Source: Phaeosaccion multiseriatum
Lineage: Eukaryota; Protista; Ochrophyta, other classes
Direction of reading: 5' to 3'
NCBI GenBank assembly: GCA_965112735.1
Contig: OZ218951.1
Coordinates: forward strand, 3,720,001-3,784,000
DNA length: 64,000 nt
The notes under the pieces were generated by a model. That model had not been told where the DNA came from, did no database searches, and saw nothing but the letters and a program-made list of their open reading frames with translations. The translations under genes and the position numbers were made by a program. Position 1 is the stretch's first letter; every line of letters starts with the position of its first letter. This document shows, one piece after another, positions 1-12,615 of the stretch.

Positions 1-72
1 CCACCAGCAGAAGCCAGTCACCAGCGGGAAAGAGCGACAAGCCAGAAGCCAGAGGCGGCCTACGGCCGAAAG

Positions 73-273
73 TGAGCCACCTGGGATGTGGGACAGACCA
101 CACACCCCAGACAACCAACAAGCAAGGGGTATGTTCAGCGTGTATTAGCCTCGCTTATCTATCTCTCAATTCCTATCTATCCTCCTCCCGCGACATGCCG
201 TTCATATGAGGTGCGCATTCCCCAACTGGCGACAATCCGGATTCGAACATACCAAACACCTTTGAGACTCCAC
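73..273. repeat. Diverged ~200-bp direct repeat, copy 1 (copy 2 at 2742-2921)
   Basis: TGAGCCACCTGGGATGTGGGACAGACCACACACCCCAGACA...GGCGACAATCCGGA...ACATACCAAACACC...GAGACTCCACA occurs at both positions, with indels. Confidence 0.85.
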
Positions 274-884
274 AACTTCCCCCCCCCAAGACCGAGGCCA
301 ACCAGCCAAGGACTGAGAAAACTGTGGGGCGAAAAGGAGCAGCTCACACACAAACCTCTAATAGAACTAGAGCAAACCAATGGGGAAAGAAACAAAGTCC
401 AAAACCCCATGCATCTAGCAGCGCAAAGCAGCAAAGCATCCACATTCCAAAGCGTAGCACCAACTTCTTCAGCAAACAAAAGAAAATAACGGTGTGACAC
501 AACACCAAAAAGAAAAAAATGAGAACAACCACATACTAACCGACCCGTACCCGTTGTGCACACAGCGAGCTGAAGCATGAATACCGATCAATGCCAACCC
601 CCCAAGTCGTAGCGCCAGCAGTGTTGCCTCCAAAAGAAAATCAAGCTCTCGAGTGCCAGAAGAGTTGATCAGACCCTTCGCAATAAGCAGCAGTAGCAGT
701 AGCAGCAATCCCATAAATAAAGCAAACCAAATCCCAAATGCGTGCAGCGAATCCTCGTCTCAAATGTGTGTCACCAAAGGACGGCAATACCTCCAAACAA
801 AGCCACAAGCAGGGCAGCATAATCCAATTTCCATAGCAAGCACCAAGTAACCAGCTCCAGCAGCATCCATGCGGCATAGACAGC

Positions 885-1845
885 GCGAAAAGACTGCGCA
901 ATCCGCTGGTTGCAAGGCTAGCATAAGCAGCAAAGCGCGTCCAATCCAGCAAATTCAAATTCTTTTTGGAATCACAGATCCAAAAATGTCCATATAACCA
1001 ACCCCTGTAGAAAAGCCGAAAATGCCCTCACAGAAGCACTCATGTTTTCCACTCCAAGCTCCTCGAACATCAACTCGTAGAAGCTATCCTTCAGCATACG
1101 CCGTACCAAGACCACTCCGCTGCGATTCCAATCGTCCGCCGCGAACTTCCGCTGTACCAGCTGAACAATACAACGAATGCAAAACACCTCGGTGCTGCGG
1201 TCCCGAAAAGCGAACAAGTCCAATATCTCAAGCTCTGCTGCACCAATCCATCGACCACCGAGCACGATAGCAAGAGGATAATCCATCCCTACTGCCGCAA
1301 GTAAGTCGCGCAAGCACAGCAAACCACAAGCCCTTTTCTCTCCTATTGCCCACGTTCACACCGCTCACGAGCCCCAACGCCGAAAAATCCATCACCTGCT
1401 CCTCTGCATCACAGGCAGGCCCCAAACCCCACTCCATAGCTATTGTGAACGACCAAACGGCATGCCTCCGCCTTCCATGGCAGATAAGTAGCCACACTGC
1501 TCAAATGCCCCAATTCCCTTCAGCACCGGACGACGGGCATCTCCGCACACCCCGTAGATGGCCACCAAATGCTGCTGTACCTCCCGAAATGCAAACACCT
1601 TACACTCCCAATGCCGCCTTCCAATTCCCAATGCCCCCCTTGCATGCTGCACCCCTCCTGTCGCTCGTCGCTTCGCTGTTCTGGCCACAGGTTCAATATC
1701 CGCTTCACATGCAAACTCGAGGCGACAACCACCATCAAAGTGCTCCCCGGTTCCTTCCAACAGCCCGAATAGCTGCCTTCGTATCCATGCTGTCACCGCT
1801 GATGCTCGTACTAACTGCCTTGCTGTAGCTGCTTGTCCTGAGAGC
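885..1845 (-). repeat. Degenerate interspersed repeat of unknown family; inverted copy at ~4484-5440
   Basis: ORF fragments 972..1322(-) and 4981..5355(+) align (MDYPLAIVLGGR.IGAA.LEILDLF...FYELMFEELG.ENMSASV.AFSAFLQGL.IWT.LDL). The similarity is split over several frames in both copies. Confidence 0.85.
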
Positions 1846-2612
1846 CCAATTGCACCACTGCTGCCGTCCTTCTCTCGCGCAAAAACTCTCCAGGGGCGAG
1901 GAAGATGAACACAATGCCACCTTCCGGCTATCCTTTTGCGACTAATGCACTCACTCCCACTACCCCCGCTGGCCGTGCTCCCGTGCGGACCGTGTGCATC
2001 GATAGTAGGCTGGGGCAAATCACTTATTGCTGTTGCTGTAGCGTTGCCGCTAAATTCCGCTTCTCCAAGCGGGGCTGTCTCTATGGTTATATCCGTTGCG
2101 CCAAGCGGGGCGTTCTCTATGGCTGTATCCGCTTCTCCAAGCGGGGCGTTCTCTATGGCTTTATCCGCTTCTCCAAGCGCGGCGTTCTCGATGGCTTTAT
2201 CCGCTTCTCCAAGCGGGGCGTCGGCGTGTTCTATGGCAATTTCCGCTGCTCCAAGCGGGGCGTCGGCGTTCTCTATGGCAAGTTCCGCTGTTCCGAGCGG
2301 GGCGTCGGCGTTCTCTACGGCTATTTCCGCATCTCCAAGCGTGGCTTCCTCTCCCTCAATTTCCAAAATACTTCGCTCCATTGCGATTCCTGTTGCTTCC
2401 CCGCCCTCGTCCGCCTTAGACGGAGCGTAAAAGCTATGCATGTCCAGTGCCTCATCACAAGACAGCGATGCTGGCGTATCCCCATGCTGTGCTACTCTCT
2501 GCGAACACAAAGCCTTTCTTCGGTCAACGACTCTGCCTTTGTCTGTTGCATCCACTGTTCCACGAACTGCATAGACAGCTGATGCAACCGCAATACATGC
2601 TGCTGAAACCAA
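1440..2612 (-). other. 390-aa ORF with acidic APLGEADxAIEN repeats; probably part of a degenerate repeat, coding status doubtful
   Basis: The frame stays open through an in-frame minisatellite. No recognisable domain. The homologous C-terminal part at 4473-4935 is frameshifted. Confidence 0.2.
2057..2345. repeat. Minisatellite, ~7.5 units of 36/42 bp
   Basis: Unit CCGCTTCTCCAAGCGGGGC(GTCGGC)GTTCTCTATGGCTTTAT repeated with substitutions. Confidence 0.9.
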
Positions 2613-2741
2613 AGCTGGTCATCACTGCTACGAGGAGAATCCAATCCAACCATCCTGCTGTGCAATCGCCACCGTTCTAGTCTTTGTCTGCTACAGCCAC
2701 GCAACACCAACAAAAGGAAAATCCCTCATCTTCCACCAAGT

Positions 2742-2921
2742 TGAGCCACCTGGGATGTGGGACAGACCACACACCCCAGACACCAACAAGCAAGGGGTTC
2801 GTATCCTATGTTGAGCGTGTATTAGCTTTCCTCCTCCCTTGTGTTTAACATAAGGCTCGAGTTCCCCAAATGGCGACAATCCGGAATCAAACATACCAAA
2901 CACCATTTGTGAGACTCCACA
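2742..2921. repeat. Diverged direct repeat, copy 2 (copy 1 at 73-273), abutting the first satellite monomer
   Basis: Same sequence as 73-273; its end GAGACTCCACA runs straight into CTGCTCCCTAAGCAAAGGG. Confidence 0.85.
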
Positions 2922-3092
2922 CTGCTCCCTAAGCAAAGGGCCAGATTGGGGGTTTTGAGGCCATGCTTGGTCCCATTTGGCGCCGTCACGGTCAGTGATT
3001 GCCTCGGTCAGGCTGTTTGAGCTTGGTCAGTGCCTCGCGCAGGCATGTTGTGTGCATCAATGGCTCCGTTCAGGCTGCTTGGGCCCCGCAAA
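2916..3092 (+). repeat. Isolated 177-bp satellite monomer, identical to 7192-7368
   Basis: Both start with the private variant TCCACACTGCTCCCTAAGCAAAGGG; offset 4276. Confidence 0.92.
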
Positions 3093-4003
3093 AGCCTGTT
3101 CAGCAGCGCAGCAACGGAACTTTGTTTCTCGCGGAACAGAGACGAGGAAGAGGTGGGAGACATGGGAGCCAGCAGGGCGAAGCGTCAGCGTAGGTGCTTG
3201 GTACCGCCCCAAGGGGGGGGGTCCCCTCTGGGGAGATGTACAGTATGTCAGTGAAGCAGGGAATTTAGATTTTTCAGAAGAGGAGAGACCTTGGCGTGTG
3301 CTGTCACTTACTGAGGCGGCGGAGACAGAGCCCAGGAAGAGTGGAGCACACTGTCAAGGAGGAGAGTAGATACTGGTGTGGTGGAAAGCGAGCCTCTTGT
3401 CCTGGGCCCGGACAGAGCGCTTGTGTCGGCCAAGGGGACCCGCCTGGTGTTGAGAGCCGGGGTCCTCGTGGGCGAGGGAAGGAGAGATAGGGAGACTGTG
3501 TCTGGTGTTGAGTGCCGACAGTGTCCACGGTGTTGAGTGCCGGAACTCTTCTTTTCTTTCCCTTTGCCGGTGTTGTGGGGCTCTACGGCTTAGGAGCGGT
3601 GTCTGGTGTTGAGTGCCGACCGCCTCCCCGGTGTTGAGTGCCGGCGCCTTTTGCCCTCTTCGCCCTTTCTTCCTTGCTGGTATCGCCGTAGGATACGCGT
3701 TCGGTGTTGAGGCCGACGCCCTACTCATCTCTCCGCCCTCTCCTCTCTCCCGTGGCCCAAGGTTTGGGGGGTGTGGTCCACGGCATTTTTTGTCTTTTTT
3801 ACGAGACGAAAGGGGCTCCCGGGTGACGGCAGGCCCCTTAGCTCTTCCAGGTGTTTGTCTGTATGTTTGCGTGTGTATGCCCAGACGGTGTTTCTGTGTG
3901 TAGGGTGCGTATTTCCTGTGTTTGGCGTGCGAATATGGGCCTCCTCCGCAAAGGAGGCTGGCTCTGCACGCGGTGACAACAGCGGCTCATCCCTCGCCAT
4001 TCC
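3091..4003 (+). repeat. 913-bp direct repeat, copy 1 (apparently identical copy at 6282-7194)
   Basis: Identical ORF translations at offset 3191 (3296/6487, 3354/6545, 3613/6804). Confidence 0.95.
3446..3716 (+). repeat. Cluster of GGTGTTGAGTGCCG motifs (exact at 3504, 3529, 3605, 3630; variants at 3446 and 3703); repeated at +3191
   Basis: Read directly from the sequence: two pairs with 25-bp internal spacing, the pairs 101 bp apart. Confidence 0.85.
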
Positions 4004-4483
4004 GGCCCTCAACGGCGGGCGGGGCAGTCCTAGGCAACAGCAGCCGTGGTCACTGCCCCTACACACGATGTGTGTTTGTATCTGTGTGTGCTGGTCTGCG
4101 TCTGTGTGTGCTAGTGTGCGTTTGTGGGTGCTGGTGTCCCTGTATTGTGCCTTTGTCTATATCTGTGTGCCTGTGAATGTTTGTGTACGTCTGCGTGTTT
4201 AAGTGTACCTCCCTTGTTGTTAGAGTGTCTCCCACCTACAACAGCAGTATGGCCAGAAGGAGGCGTACGTGGTCGCCACTGGGCTTGCCTGCAGTCTCTC
4301 TGGATGGGTGGGGGCGTAGCTGACCTTCGATACGGGAGCTCGCACGGCTCACCTCCGGCAGCTACATCCGAGAGACATATCGGGCCGAGGAGCGGCGAAG
4401 GGAAGGAGACGGACTACAGCTGTACCTCCCTCACCATCTCGAACGCATGGGAGGGGGAGGGGGGGGGGTCCGATGGAGGCTCA

Positions 4484-5440
4484 GCTCTCAGGACAAACAG
4501 CAACCGCAAGGCCGTTAGTACGAGCGTCAAAGGGGGCAGCATGGATGCGAAGGCAGCTATTCGGGCTGTTGGAAGGAACCGGAGAGCCCTTTGATCGTGG
4601 TTGGCGCCTCGAGTTTCCGTGTGGAGCGGATATGGGACCTGTGGCCATAACAGCGAACCGATGGGCGCCAAGAGAGGCACAGCATACGAGGGAGAATTGG
4701 GAATTGGAAGGCGGCATTGGGAGTGTACGGTACTCGCATCTCGGGAGGTACGGCAACGTTTGGTGACCGTCTACGGAGTGTACGGCGATGTACGTCGTCC
4801 GGTGCTGAAGGAAATTGGGGCATTGAGCAATCTGGCTACTTATCTGTAATGGACGGCGGAAGCTTGATGTTTGGTCGTTCACAACAGCTATGGAGTGGAA
4901 GTCGGGGCCTGCCTGTGATGCAGAAGAGAAGGTGATGGTTTTTTCGGCGTTGGGGCTCGTGAGCGGTGTGAACATGGAGGATGGGAGAGAACAGGGCTTG
5001 TGGCTCGCTCTGCTTGCACGACTTACTTCCGGTAGTATGGATGGACTACCCTCTTGCTATCGTGCTCGGTGGTCGAGGGATTGGTGCCGCCGCGCTTGAG
5101 ATATTGGACTTGTTCATTTTTCGGGCCCGCAGCACCGAGGTGTTTGGCATTCGTTGTATTGCTCAGCTGGTACAGCGGAAGTCCGCGGCGGACGGTTGGA
5201 ATCGCAGCGGAGTGGTCTTGGTACGGCGTGTGCAGAAGGGTAACTTCTACGAGTTGATGTTCGAAGAGCTTGGAGCGGAAAACATGAGCGCTTCTGTGAG
5301 CGCATTTTCGGCTTTTCTACAGGGGTTGGATATATGGACACTTTTGGATCTGTGATTCCGAAAAGAATCCGAATTTGTTGGTTTGGGCGCGCTTTGCTGC
5401 TTCCACCAGCCGTGCCAGAGGACTGCGCAGTGTATTTCGC
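4484..5440 (+). repeat. Degenerate interspersed repeat, inverted copy of 885-1845
   Basis: See 885-1845. Confidence 0.85.
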
Positions 5441-6281
5441 TCAGTGGCTCGCCCCCCCCCCAGCACACCATCCCAAGCGAGTGGGGGGTGTGTGATGGTC
5501 AGCAGGGGGCGTGCGAAGGGACCTCTCCAAAGGACACTGACTCTGCCCGTGGTGACACCAGCGGCTCCTCCCTCGCCATCATTCCTCCCCCAGCAGCGGG
5601 GAGCGCAGCCCTTGGCAACAGCACCAGCAGCCCTACACCGGTACACGCGGCGGGTGTTTGTATGTGTTTATATGTGTGTGTACTGGTGTGCGTCTGTGTC
5701 TACTGTTGCCCCTGTATGTGTATTATTATGTCTGTGTGCGTATGAATGTTTGTGTATCTTTGTGTTTTGTGTACCGGCCGACTACGATCAGGAGAGTGGG
5801 CTCTCGACTAGGCTGGGGCAGGTGCTGCTGCACCCTCGCAGCGCACCGGTGGGTACTCGGATGGGTGGGGGTGAAGCGGGACTTGGGGTGCTCACTGCGG
5901 TGGCACCCCAAGCTCCACTACATCCGAAGCCCGGTGCCCGCCTCCCTCCATGGAGGCGGCCCCCTTGGAGGCGCTCTGCGCTCCCAAGGTGGGAGTCCCT
6001 CACGGGACTGCCCCCCCCTACTAATGATGAGTCCTTCCCCCAACGTTAGCTACCCCTGGTCCACGACCTCTCCACCTGCGGAGCAGGTGGCCACTTGGGA
6101 GTCCAGCCCTATTCCTTTTGGCCTCGAACAGCCGGCTACGGCGTGGATGTGGATAGTCCTCAGCTTGCATACTGCGACGCCTTGGAGCGGGAGTCGGACA
6201 TCTCCCGGGCCCTCGCCTACGACTGAAGGGAGGAGGCCTCTCACTGGCTTCCCACCTTCGCCCGAGCGCCGCGACGGCGCG

Positions 6282-7194
6282 AAAGCCTGTTCAGCAGCGC
6301 AGCAACGGAACTTTGTTTCTCGCGGAACAGAGACGAGGAAGAGGTGGGAGACATGGGAGCCAGCAGGGCGAAGCGTCAGCGTAGGTGCTTGGTACCGCCC
6401 CAAGGGGGGGGGTCCCCTCTGGGGAGATGTACAGTATGTCAGTGAAGCAGGGAATTTAGATTTTTCAGAAGAGGAGAGACCTTGGCGTGTGCTGTCACTT
6501 ACTGAGGCGGCGGAGACAGAGCCCAGGAAGAGTGGAGCACACTGTCAAGGAGGAGAGTAGATACTGGTGTGGTGGAAAGCGAGCCTCTTGTCCTGGGCCC
6601 GGACAGAGCGCTTGTGTCGGCCAAGGGGACCCGCCTGGTGTTGAGAGCCGGGGTCCTCGTGGGCGAGGGAAGGAGAGATAGGGAGACTGTGTCTGGTGTT
6701 GAGTGCCGACAGTGTCCACGGTGTTGAGTGCCGGAACTCTTCTTTTCTTTCCCTTTGCCGGTGTTGTGGGGCTCTACGGCTTAGGAGCGGTGTCTGGTGT
6801 TGAGTGCCGACCGCCTCCCCGGTGTTGAGTGCCGGCGCCTTTTGCCCTCTTCGCCCTTTCTTCCTTGCTGGTATCGCCGTAGGATACGCGTTCGGTGTTG
6901 AGGCCGACGCCCTACTCATCTCTCCGCCCTCTCCTCTCTCCCGTGGCCCAAGGTTTGGGGGGTGTGGTCCACGGCATTTTTTGTCTTTTTTACGAGACGA
7001 AAGGGGCTCCCGGGTGACGGCAGGCCCCTTAGCTCTTCCAGGTGTTTGTCTGTATGTTTGCGTGTGTATGCCCAGACGGTGTTTCTGTGTGTAGGGTGCG
7101 TATTTCCTGTGTTTGGCGTGCGAATATGGGCCTCCTCCGCAAAGGAGGCTGGCTCTGCACGCGGTGACAACAGCGGCTCATCCCTCGCCATTCC
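6282..7194 (+). repeat. 913-bp direct repeat, copy 2
   Basis: Matches 3091-4003; joins the satellite through TCC microhomology. Confidence 0.95.
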
Positions 7195-10100
7195 ACACTG
7201 CTCCCTAAGCAAAGGGCCAGATTGGGGGTTTTGAGGCCATGCTTGGTCCCATTTGGCGCCGTCACGGTCAGTGATTGCCTCGGTCAGGCTGTTTGAGCTT
7301 GGTCAGTGCCTCGCGCAGGCATGTTGTGTGCATCAATGGCTCCGTTCAGGCTGCTTGGGCCCCGCAAATGCCCACTTCTCCCTCAGCGAAGGGCCAGATT
7401 GGGGGTTTTGAGGCCATGCTTGGTCCCATTTGGCGCCGTCACGGTCAGTGATCGCCTCGGTGAGGCTGTTTGAGTTTGGTCAGTGCTTCGCGCAGGCATG
7501 TTGTGTGCATCAATGGCTCCGTTCAGGCTGCTTGGGCCCCGCAAATGCCCACTTCTCCCTCAGCGAAGGGCCAGATTGGGGGTTTTGAGGCCATGCTTGA
7601 TCCCATTTGGCGCCGTCACGGTCAGTGATTGCCTCGGTCAGGCTGTTTGAGCTTGGTCAGTGCCTCGCGCAGGCATGTTGTGTGCATCAATGGCTCCGTT
7701 CAGGCTGCTTGGGCCCCGCAAATGCCCACTTCTCCCTCAGCGAAGGGCCAGATTGGGGGTTTTGAGGCCATGCTTAGTCCCATTTGGCGCCGTCACGGTC
7801 AGTGATTGCCTCGGTGAGGCTGTTTGAGCTTGGTCAGTGCCTCGCGCAGGCATGTTGTGTGCATCAATGGCTCCGTTCAGGCTGCTTGGGCCCCGCAAAT
7901 GCCCACTTCTCCCTCAGCGAAGGGCCAGACTGGGGGTTTTGAGGCCATGCTTAGTCCCATTTGACGCCGTCACGGTCAGTGATTGCCTCGCTCAAGCTGC
8001 TCGAGCTCTCCCAGTGCCTCGCGCAGGCATGTTGTGTGCATCAATGGCTCCGTCGAGGCTGCTTGGGCCCCGCAAATGCCCACTTCTCCCTCAGCGAAGG
8101 GCCAGATTGGGGGTTTTGAGGCCATGCTGGGTCCCATTTGGCGCCGTCACGGTCAGTGATTGCCTCGGTGAGGCTGTTTGAGCTTGGTCAGTGCCTCGCA
8201 CAGGCATGTTGTGTGCATCAATGGCTCCGTTCAGGCTGCTTGGGCCCCGCAAATGCGCACTTCTCCCTCAGCGAAGGGCCAGATTGGGGGTTTTGAGGCC
8301 ATGCTTGGTCCCATTTGGCGCCGTCACGGTCAGTGATTGCCTCGGTGAGGCTGTTTGAGCTTGGTCAGTGCCTCGCGCAGGCATGTTGTGTGCATCAATG
8401 GCTCCGTTCAGGCTGCTTGGGCCCCGCAAATGCCCACTTCTCCCTCAGCGAAGGGCCAGATTGGGGGTTTTGAGGCCATGCTTGGTCCCATTTGGCGCCG
8501 TCACGGTCAGTGATCGCCTCGGTCAGGCTGTTTGAGTTTGGTCAGTGCTTCGCGCGGGCATGTTGTGTGCATCAATGGCTCCGTTCAGGCTGCTTGGGCC
8601 CCGCAAATGCCCACTTCTCCCTCAGCGAAGGGCCAGATTGGGGGTTTTGAGGCCATGCTTGGTCCCATTTGGCGCCGTCACGGTCAGTGATTGCCTCGGT
8701 GAGGCTGTTTGAGCTTGGTCAGTGCCTCGCGCAGGCATGTTGTGTGCATCAATGGCTCCGTTCAGGCTGCTTGGGCCCCGCAAATGCCCACTTCTCCCTC
8801 AGCGAAGGGCCAGATTGGGGGTTTTGAGGCCATGCTTAGTCCCACTTGACGCCGTCACGGTCAGTGATTGCCTCGCTCAAGCTGCTCGAGCTCTCCCAGT
8901 GCCTCACGCAGGCATGTTGTGTGCATCAATGGCTCCGTCGAGGCTGCTTGGGCCCCGCAAATGCCCACTTCTCCCTCAGCGAAGGGCCAGATTGGGGGTT
9001 TTGAGGCCATGCTTAGTCCCACTTGACGCCGTCACGGTCAGTGATTGCCTCGCTCAAGCTGCTCGAGCTCTCCCAGTGCCTCGCGCAGGCATGTTGTGTG
9101 CATCAATGGCTCCGTCGAGGCTGCTTGGGCCCCGCAAATGCCCACTTCTCCCTCAGCGAAGGGCCAGATTGGGGGTTTTGAGGCCATGCTTAGTCCGATT
9201 TGGCGCAGTCACGGTCAGTGATTGCCTCGGTCAGGCTGTTTGAGCTTGGTCAGTGCTCGAGCTCTCCCAGTGCCTCGCGCAGGCATGTTGTGTGCATCAA
9301 TGGCTCCGTCGAGGCTGCTTGGGCCCCGCAAATGCGCACTTCTCCCTCAGCGAAGGGCCAGATGGGGGGTTTTGAGGCCATGCTTAGTCCCACTTGACGC
9401 CGTCACGGTCAGTGATTGCCTCAGTGAGGCTGTTTGAGCTTGGTCAGTGCCTCGCGCAGGCATGTTGTGTGCATCAATGGCTCCGTTCAGGCTGCTTGGG
9501 CCCCGCAAATGCCCACTTCTCCCTCAGCGAAGGGCCAGATTGGGGGTTTTGAGGCCATGCTTAGTCCCACTTGACGCCGTCACGGTCAGTGATTGCCTCG
9601 GTCAGGCTGTTTGAGCTTGGTCAGTGCCTCGCGCAGGCATGTTGTGTGCATCAATGGCTCCGTCGAGGCTGCTTGGGCCCCGCAAATGCCCACTTCTCCC
9701 TCAGCAAAGGGCCAGATTGGGGGTTTTGCATGAGGCAATGCTTAATCCCATTTGACGCCGTCACGGTCAGTGATTGCCTCGCTCAAGCTGCTCGAGCTCT
9801 CCCAGTGCCTCGCGCAGGCATGTTGTGTGCATCAATGGCTCCGTTCAGGCTGCTTGGGCCCCGCAAATGCCCACTTCTCCCTCAGCGAAGGGCCAGATTG
9901 GGGGTTTTGAGGCCATGCTTAGTCCCACTTGACGCCGTCACGGTCAGTGATTGCCTCGCTCAAGCTGCTCGAGCTCTCCCAGTGCCTCGCGCAGGCATGT
10001 TGTGTGCATCAATGGCTCCGTCGAGGCTGCTTGGGCCCCGCAAATGCCCACTTCTCCCTCAGCGAAGGGCCAGATTGGGGGTTTTGAGGCCATGCTTAGT

Positions 10101-12379
10101 CCCACTTGACGCCGTCACGGTCAGTGATTGCCTCGCTCAAGCTGCTCGAGCTCTCCCAGTGCCTCGCGCAGGCATGTTGTGTGCATCAATGGCTCCGTTC
10201 AGGCTGCTTGGGCCCCGCAAATGCCCACTTCTCCCTCAGCGAAGGGCCAGATTGGGGGTTTTGAGGCCATGCTTAGTCCCATTTGACGCCGTCACGGTCA
10301 GTGATTGCCTCGGTCAGGCTGTTTGAGCTCTCCCAGTGCCTCGCGCAGGCATGTTGTGTGCATCAATGGCTCCGTCGAGGCTGCTTGGGCCCCGCAAATG
10401 CCCACTTCTCCCTCAGCGAAGGGCCAGATTGGGGGTTTTGAGGCCATGCTGGGTCCCATTTGGCGCCGTCACGGTCAGTGATTGCCTCGGTGAGGCTGTT
10501 TGAGCTTGGTCAGTGCCTCGCACAGGCATGTTGTGTGCATCAATGGCTCCGTTCAGGCTGCTTGGGCCCCGCAAATGCCCACTTCTCCCTCAGCGAAGGG
10601 CCAGATTGGGGGTTTTGAGGCCATGCTTAGTCCCACTTGGCGCCGTCACGGTCAGTGATTGCCTCGGTGAGGCTGTTTGAGCTTGGTCAGTGCCTCGCGC
10701 AGGCATGTTGTGTGCATCAATGGCTCCGTTCCGGCTGCTTGGGCCCCGCAAATGCCCACTTCTCCCTCAGCGAAGGGCCAGATTGGGGGTTTTGAGGCCA
10801 TGCTGGGTCCCATTTGGCGCCGTCACGGTCAGTGATTGCCTCGGTGAGGCTGTTTGAGCTTGGTCAGTGCCTCGCGCAGGCATGTTGTGTGCATCAATGG
10901 CTCCGTTCAGGCTGCTTGGGCCCCGCAAATGCCCACTTCTCCCTCAGCGAAGGGCCAGATTGGGGGTTTTGAGGCCATGCTTAGTCCCATTTGGCGCCGT
11001 CACGGTCAGTGATTGCCTCGGTGAGGCTGTTTGAGCTTGGTCAGTGCCTCGCGCAGGCATGTTGTGTGCATCAATGGCTCCGTTCAGGCTGCTTGGGCCT
11101 CGCAAATGCCCACTTTTCCCTCAGCGAAGGGCCAGATTGGGGGTTTTGAGGCCATGCTGGGTCCCATTTGGCGCCGTCACGGTCAGTGATTGCCTCGGTC
11201 AGGCTGTTTGAGCTTGGTCAGTGCCTCGCGCAGGCATGTTGTGTGCATCAATGGCTCCGTTCAGGCTGCTTGGGCCCCGCAAATGCCCACTTCTCTCTTA
11301 GCGAAGGGCCAGATTGGGGGTTTTGAGGCCATGCTGGGTCCCATTTGGCGCCGTCACGGTCAGTGATTGCCTCGGTGAGGCTGTTTGAGCTTGGTCAGTG
11401 CCTCGCGCAGGCATTTTGTGTGCATCAATGGCTCCGTCGAGGCTGCTTGGGCCCCGCAAATGCCCACTTCTCCCTCAGCGAAGGGCCAGATTGGGGGTTT
11501 TGAGGCCATGCTTGGTCCCATTTGGCGCCGTCACGGTCAGTGATTGCCTCGGTGAGGCTGTTTGAGCTTGGTCAGTGCCTCGCGCAGGCATGTTGTGTGC
11601 ATCAATGGCTCCGTTCAGGCTGCTTGGGCCCCGCAAATGCCCACTTCTCCCTCAGCGAAGGGCCAGATTGGGGGTTTTGGGGCCATGCTTGGTCCCATTT
11701 GGCGCCGTCACGGTCAGTGATTGCCTCGCTCAAGCTGCTCGAGCTTGGTCAGTGCCTCGCGCAGGCATGTTGTGTGCATCAATGGCTCCGTTCAGGCTGC
11801 TTGGGCCCCGCAAATGCCCACTTCTCCCTCAGCGAAGGGCCAGATTGGGGGTTTTGAGGCCATGCTTGGTCCCATTTGGCGCCGTCACGGTCAGTGATTG
11901 CCTCGGTGAGGCTGTTTGAGCTTGGTCAGTGCCTCGCGCAGGCATGTTGTGTGCATCAATGGCTCCGTTCAGGCTGCTTGGGCCCCGCAAATGCCCACTT
12001 CTCTCTCAGCGAAGGGCCAGATTGGGGGTTTTGAGGCCATGCTTGGTCCCATTTGGCGCCGTCACGGTCAGTGATTGCCTCGGTGAGGCTGTTTGAGCTT
12101 GGTCAGTGCCTCGCGCAGGCATGTTGTGTGCATCAATGGCTCCGTTCAGGCTGCTTGGGCCCCGCAAATGCCCACTTCTCCCTCAGCGAAGGGCCAGATT
12201 GGGGGTTTTGAGGCCATGCTTAGTCCCACTTGACGCCGTCACGGTCAGTGATTGCCTCGCTCAAGCTGCTCGAGCTCTCCCAGTGCCTCGCGCAGGCATG
12301 TTGTGTGCATCAATGGCTCCGTCGAGGCTGCTTGGGCCCCGCAAATGCCCACTTCTCCCTCAGCGAAGGGCCAGATTGG
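7192..12379 (+). repeat. 177-bp tandem satellite, segment 1
   Basis: CAGCGAAGGGCCAGATTGGGGGTTTTGAGGCCATGC recurs every 177 bp (e.g. 7384, 7561), head to tail. Confidence 0.99.
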
Positions 12380-12615
12380 TTCTCGCAGTCGTTGCGCTCC
12401 ATCAAAACTGGGTACCCATTGAGAGGCCTCGCTCCTCCACATTCAGTCGTCGCCAATGCTGGGGGATAAACTTTTCATTAAGAGTGCAGTCCTAAGAAGG
12501 ACTCACCTCGAGGCACACAGTGTCCCTGGGGTGTCGCTCCCCTGACGGGGGCGAGCACGGGCCTTTGGGGGCAGCGGTTCAGAGGAACCGCTCATCCCCC
12601 ATTCACCCAAAGTCC

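Noticed and set aside
3091-7194. Intact LTR retrotransposon
   Set aside because: No TG...CA ends, short TSD or gag/pol motifs; the junctions show microhomology instead.
12380-12615. Hammerhead ribozyme in the structured 3' region
   Set aside because: No CUGANGA...GAAA core found by eye on either strand.
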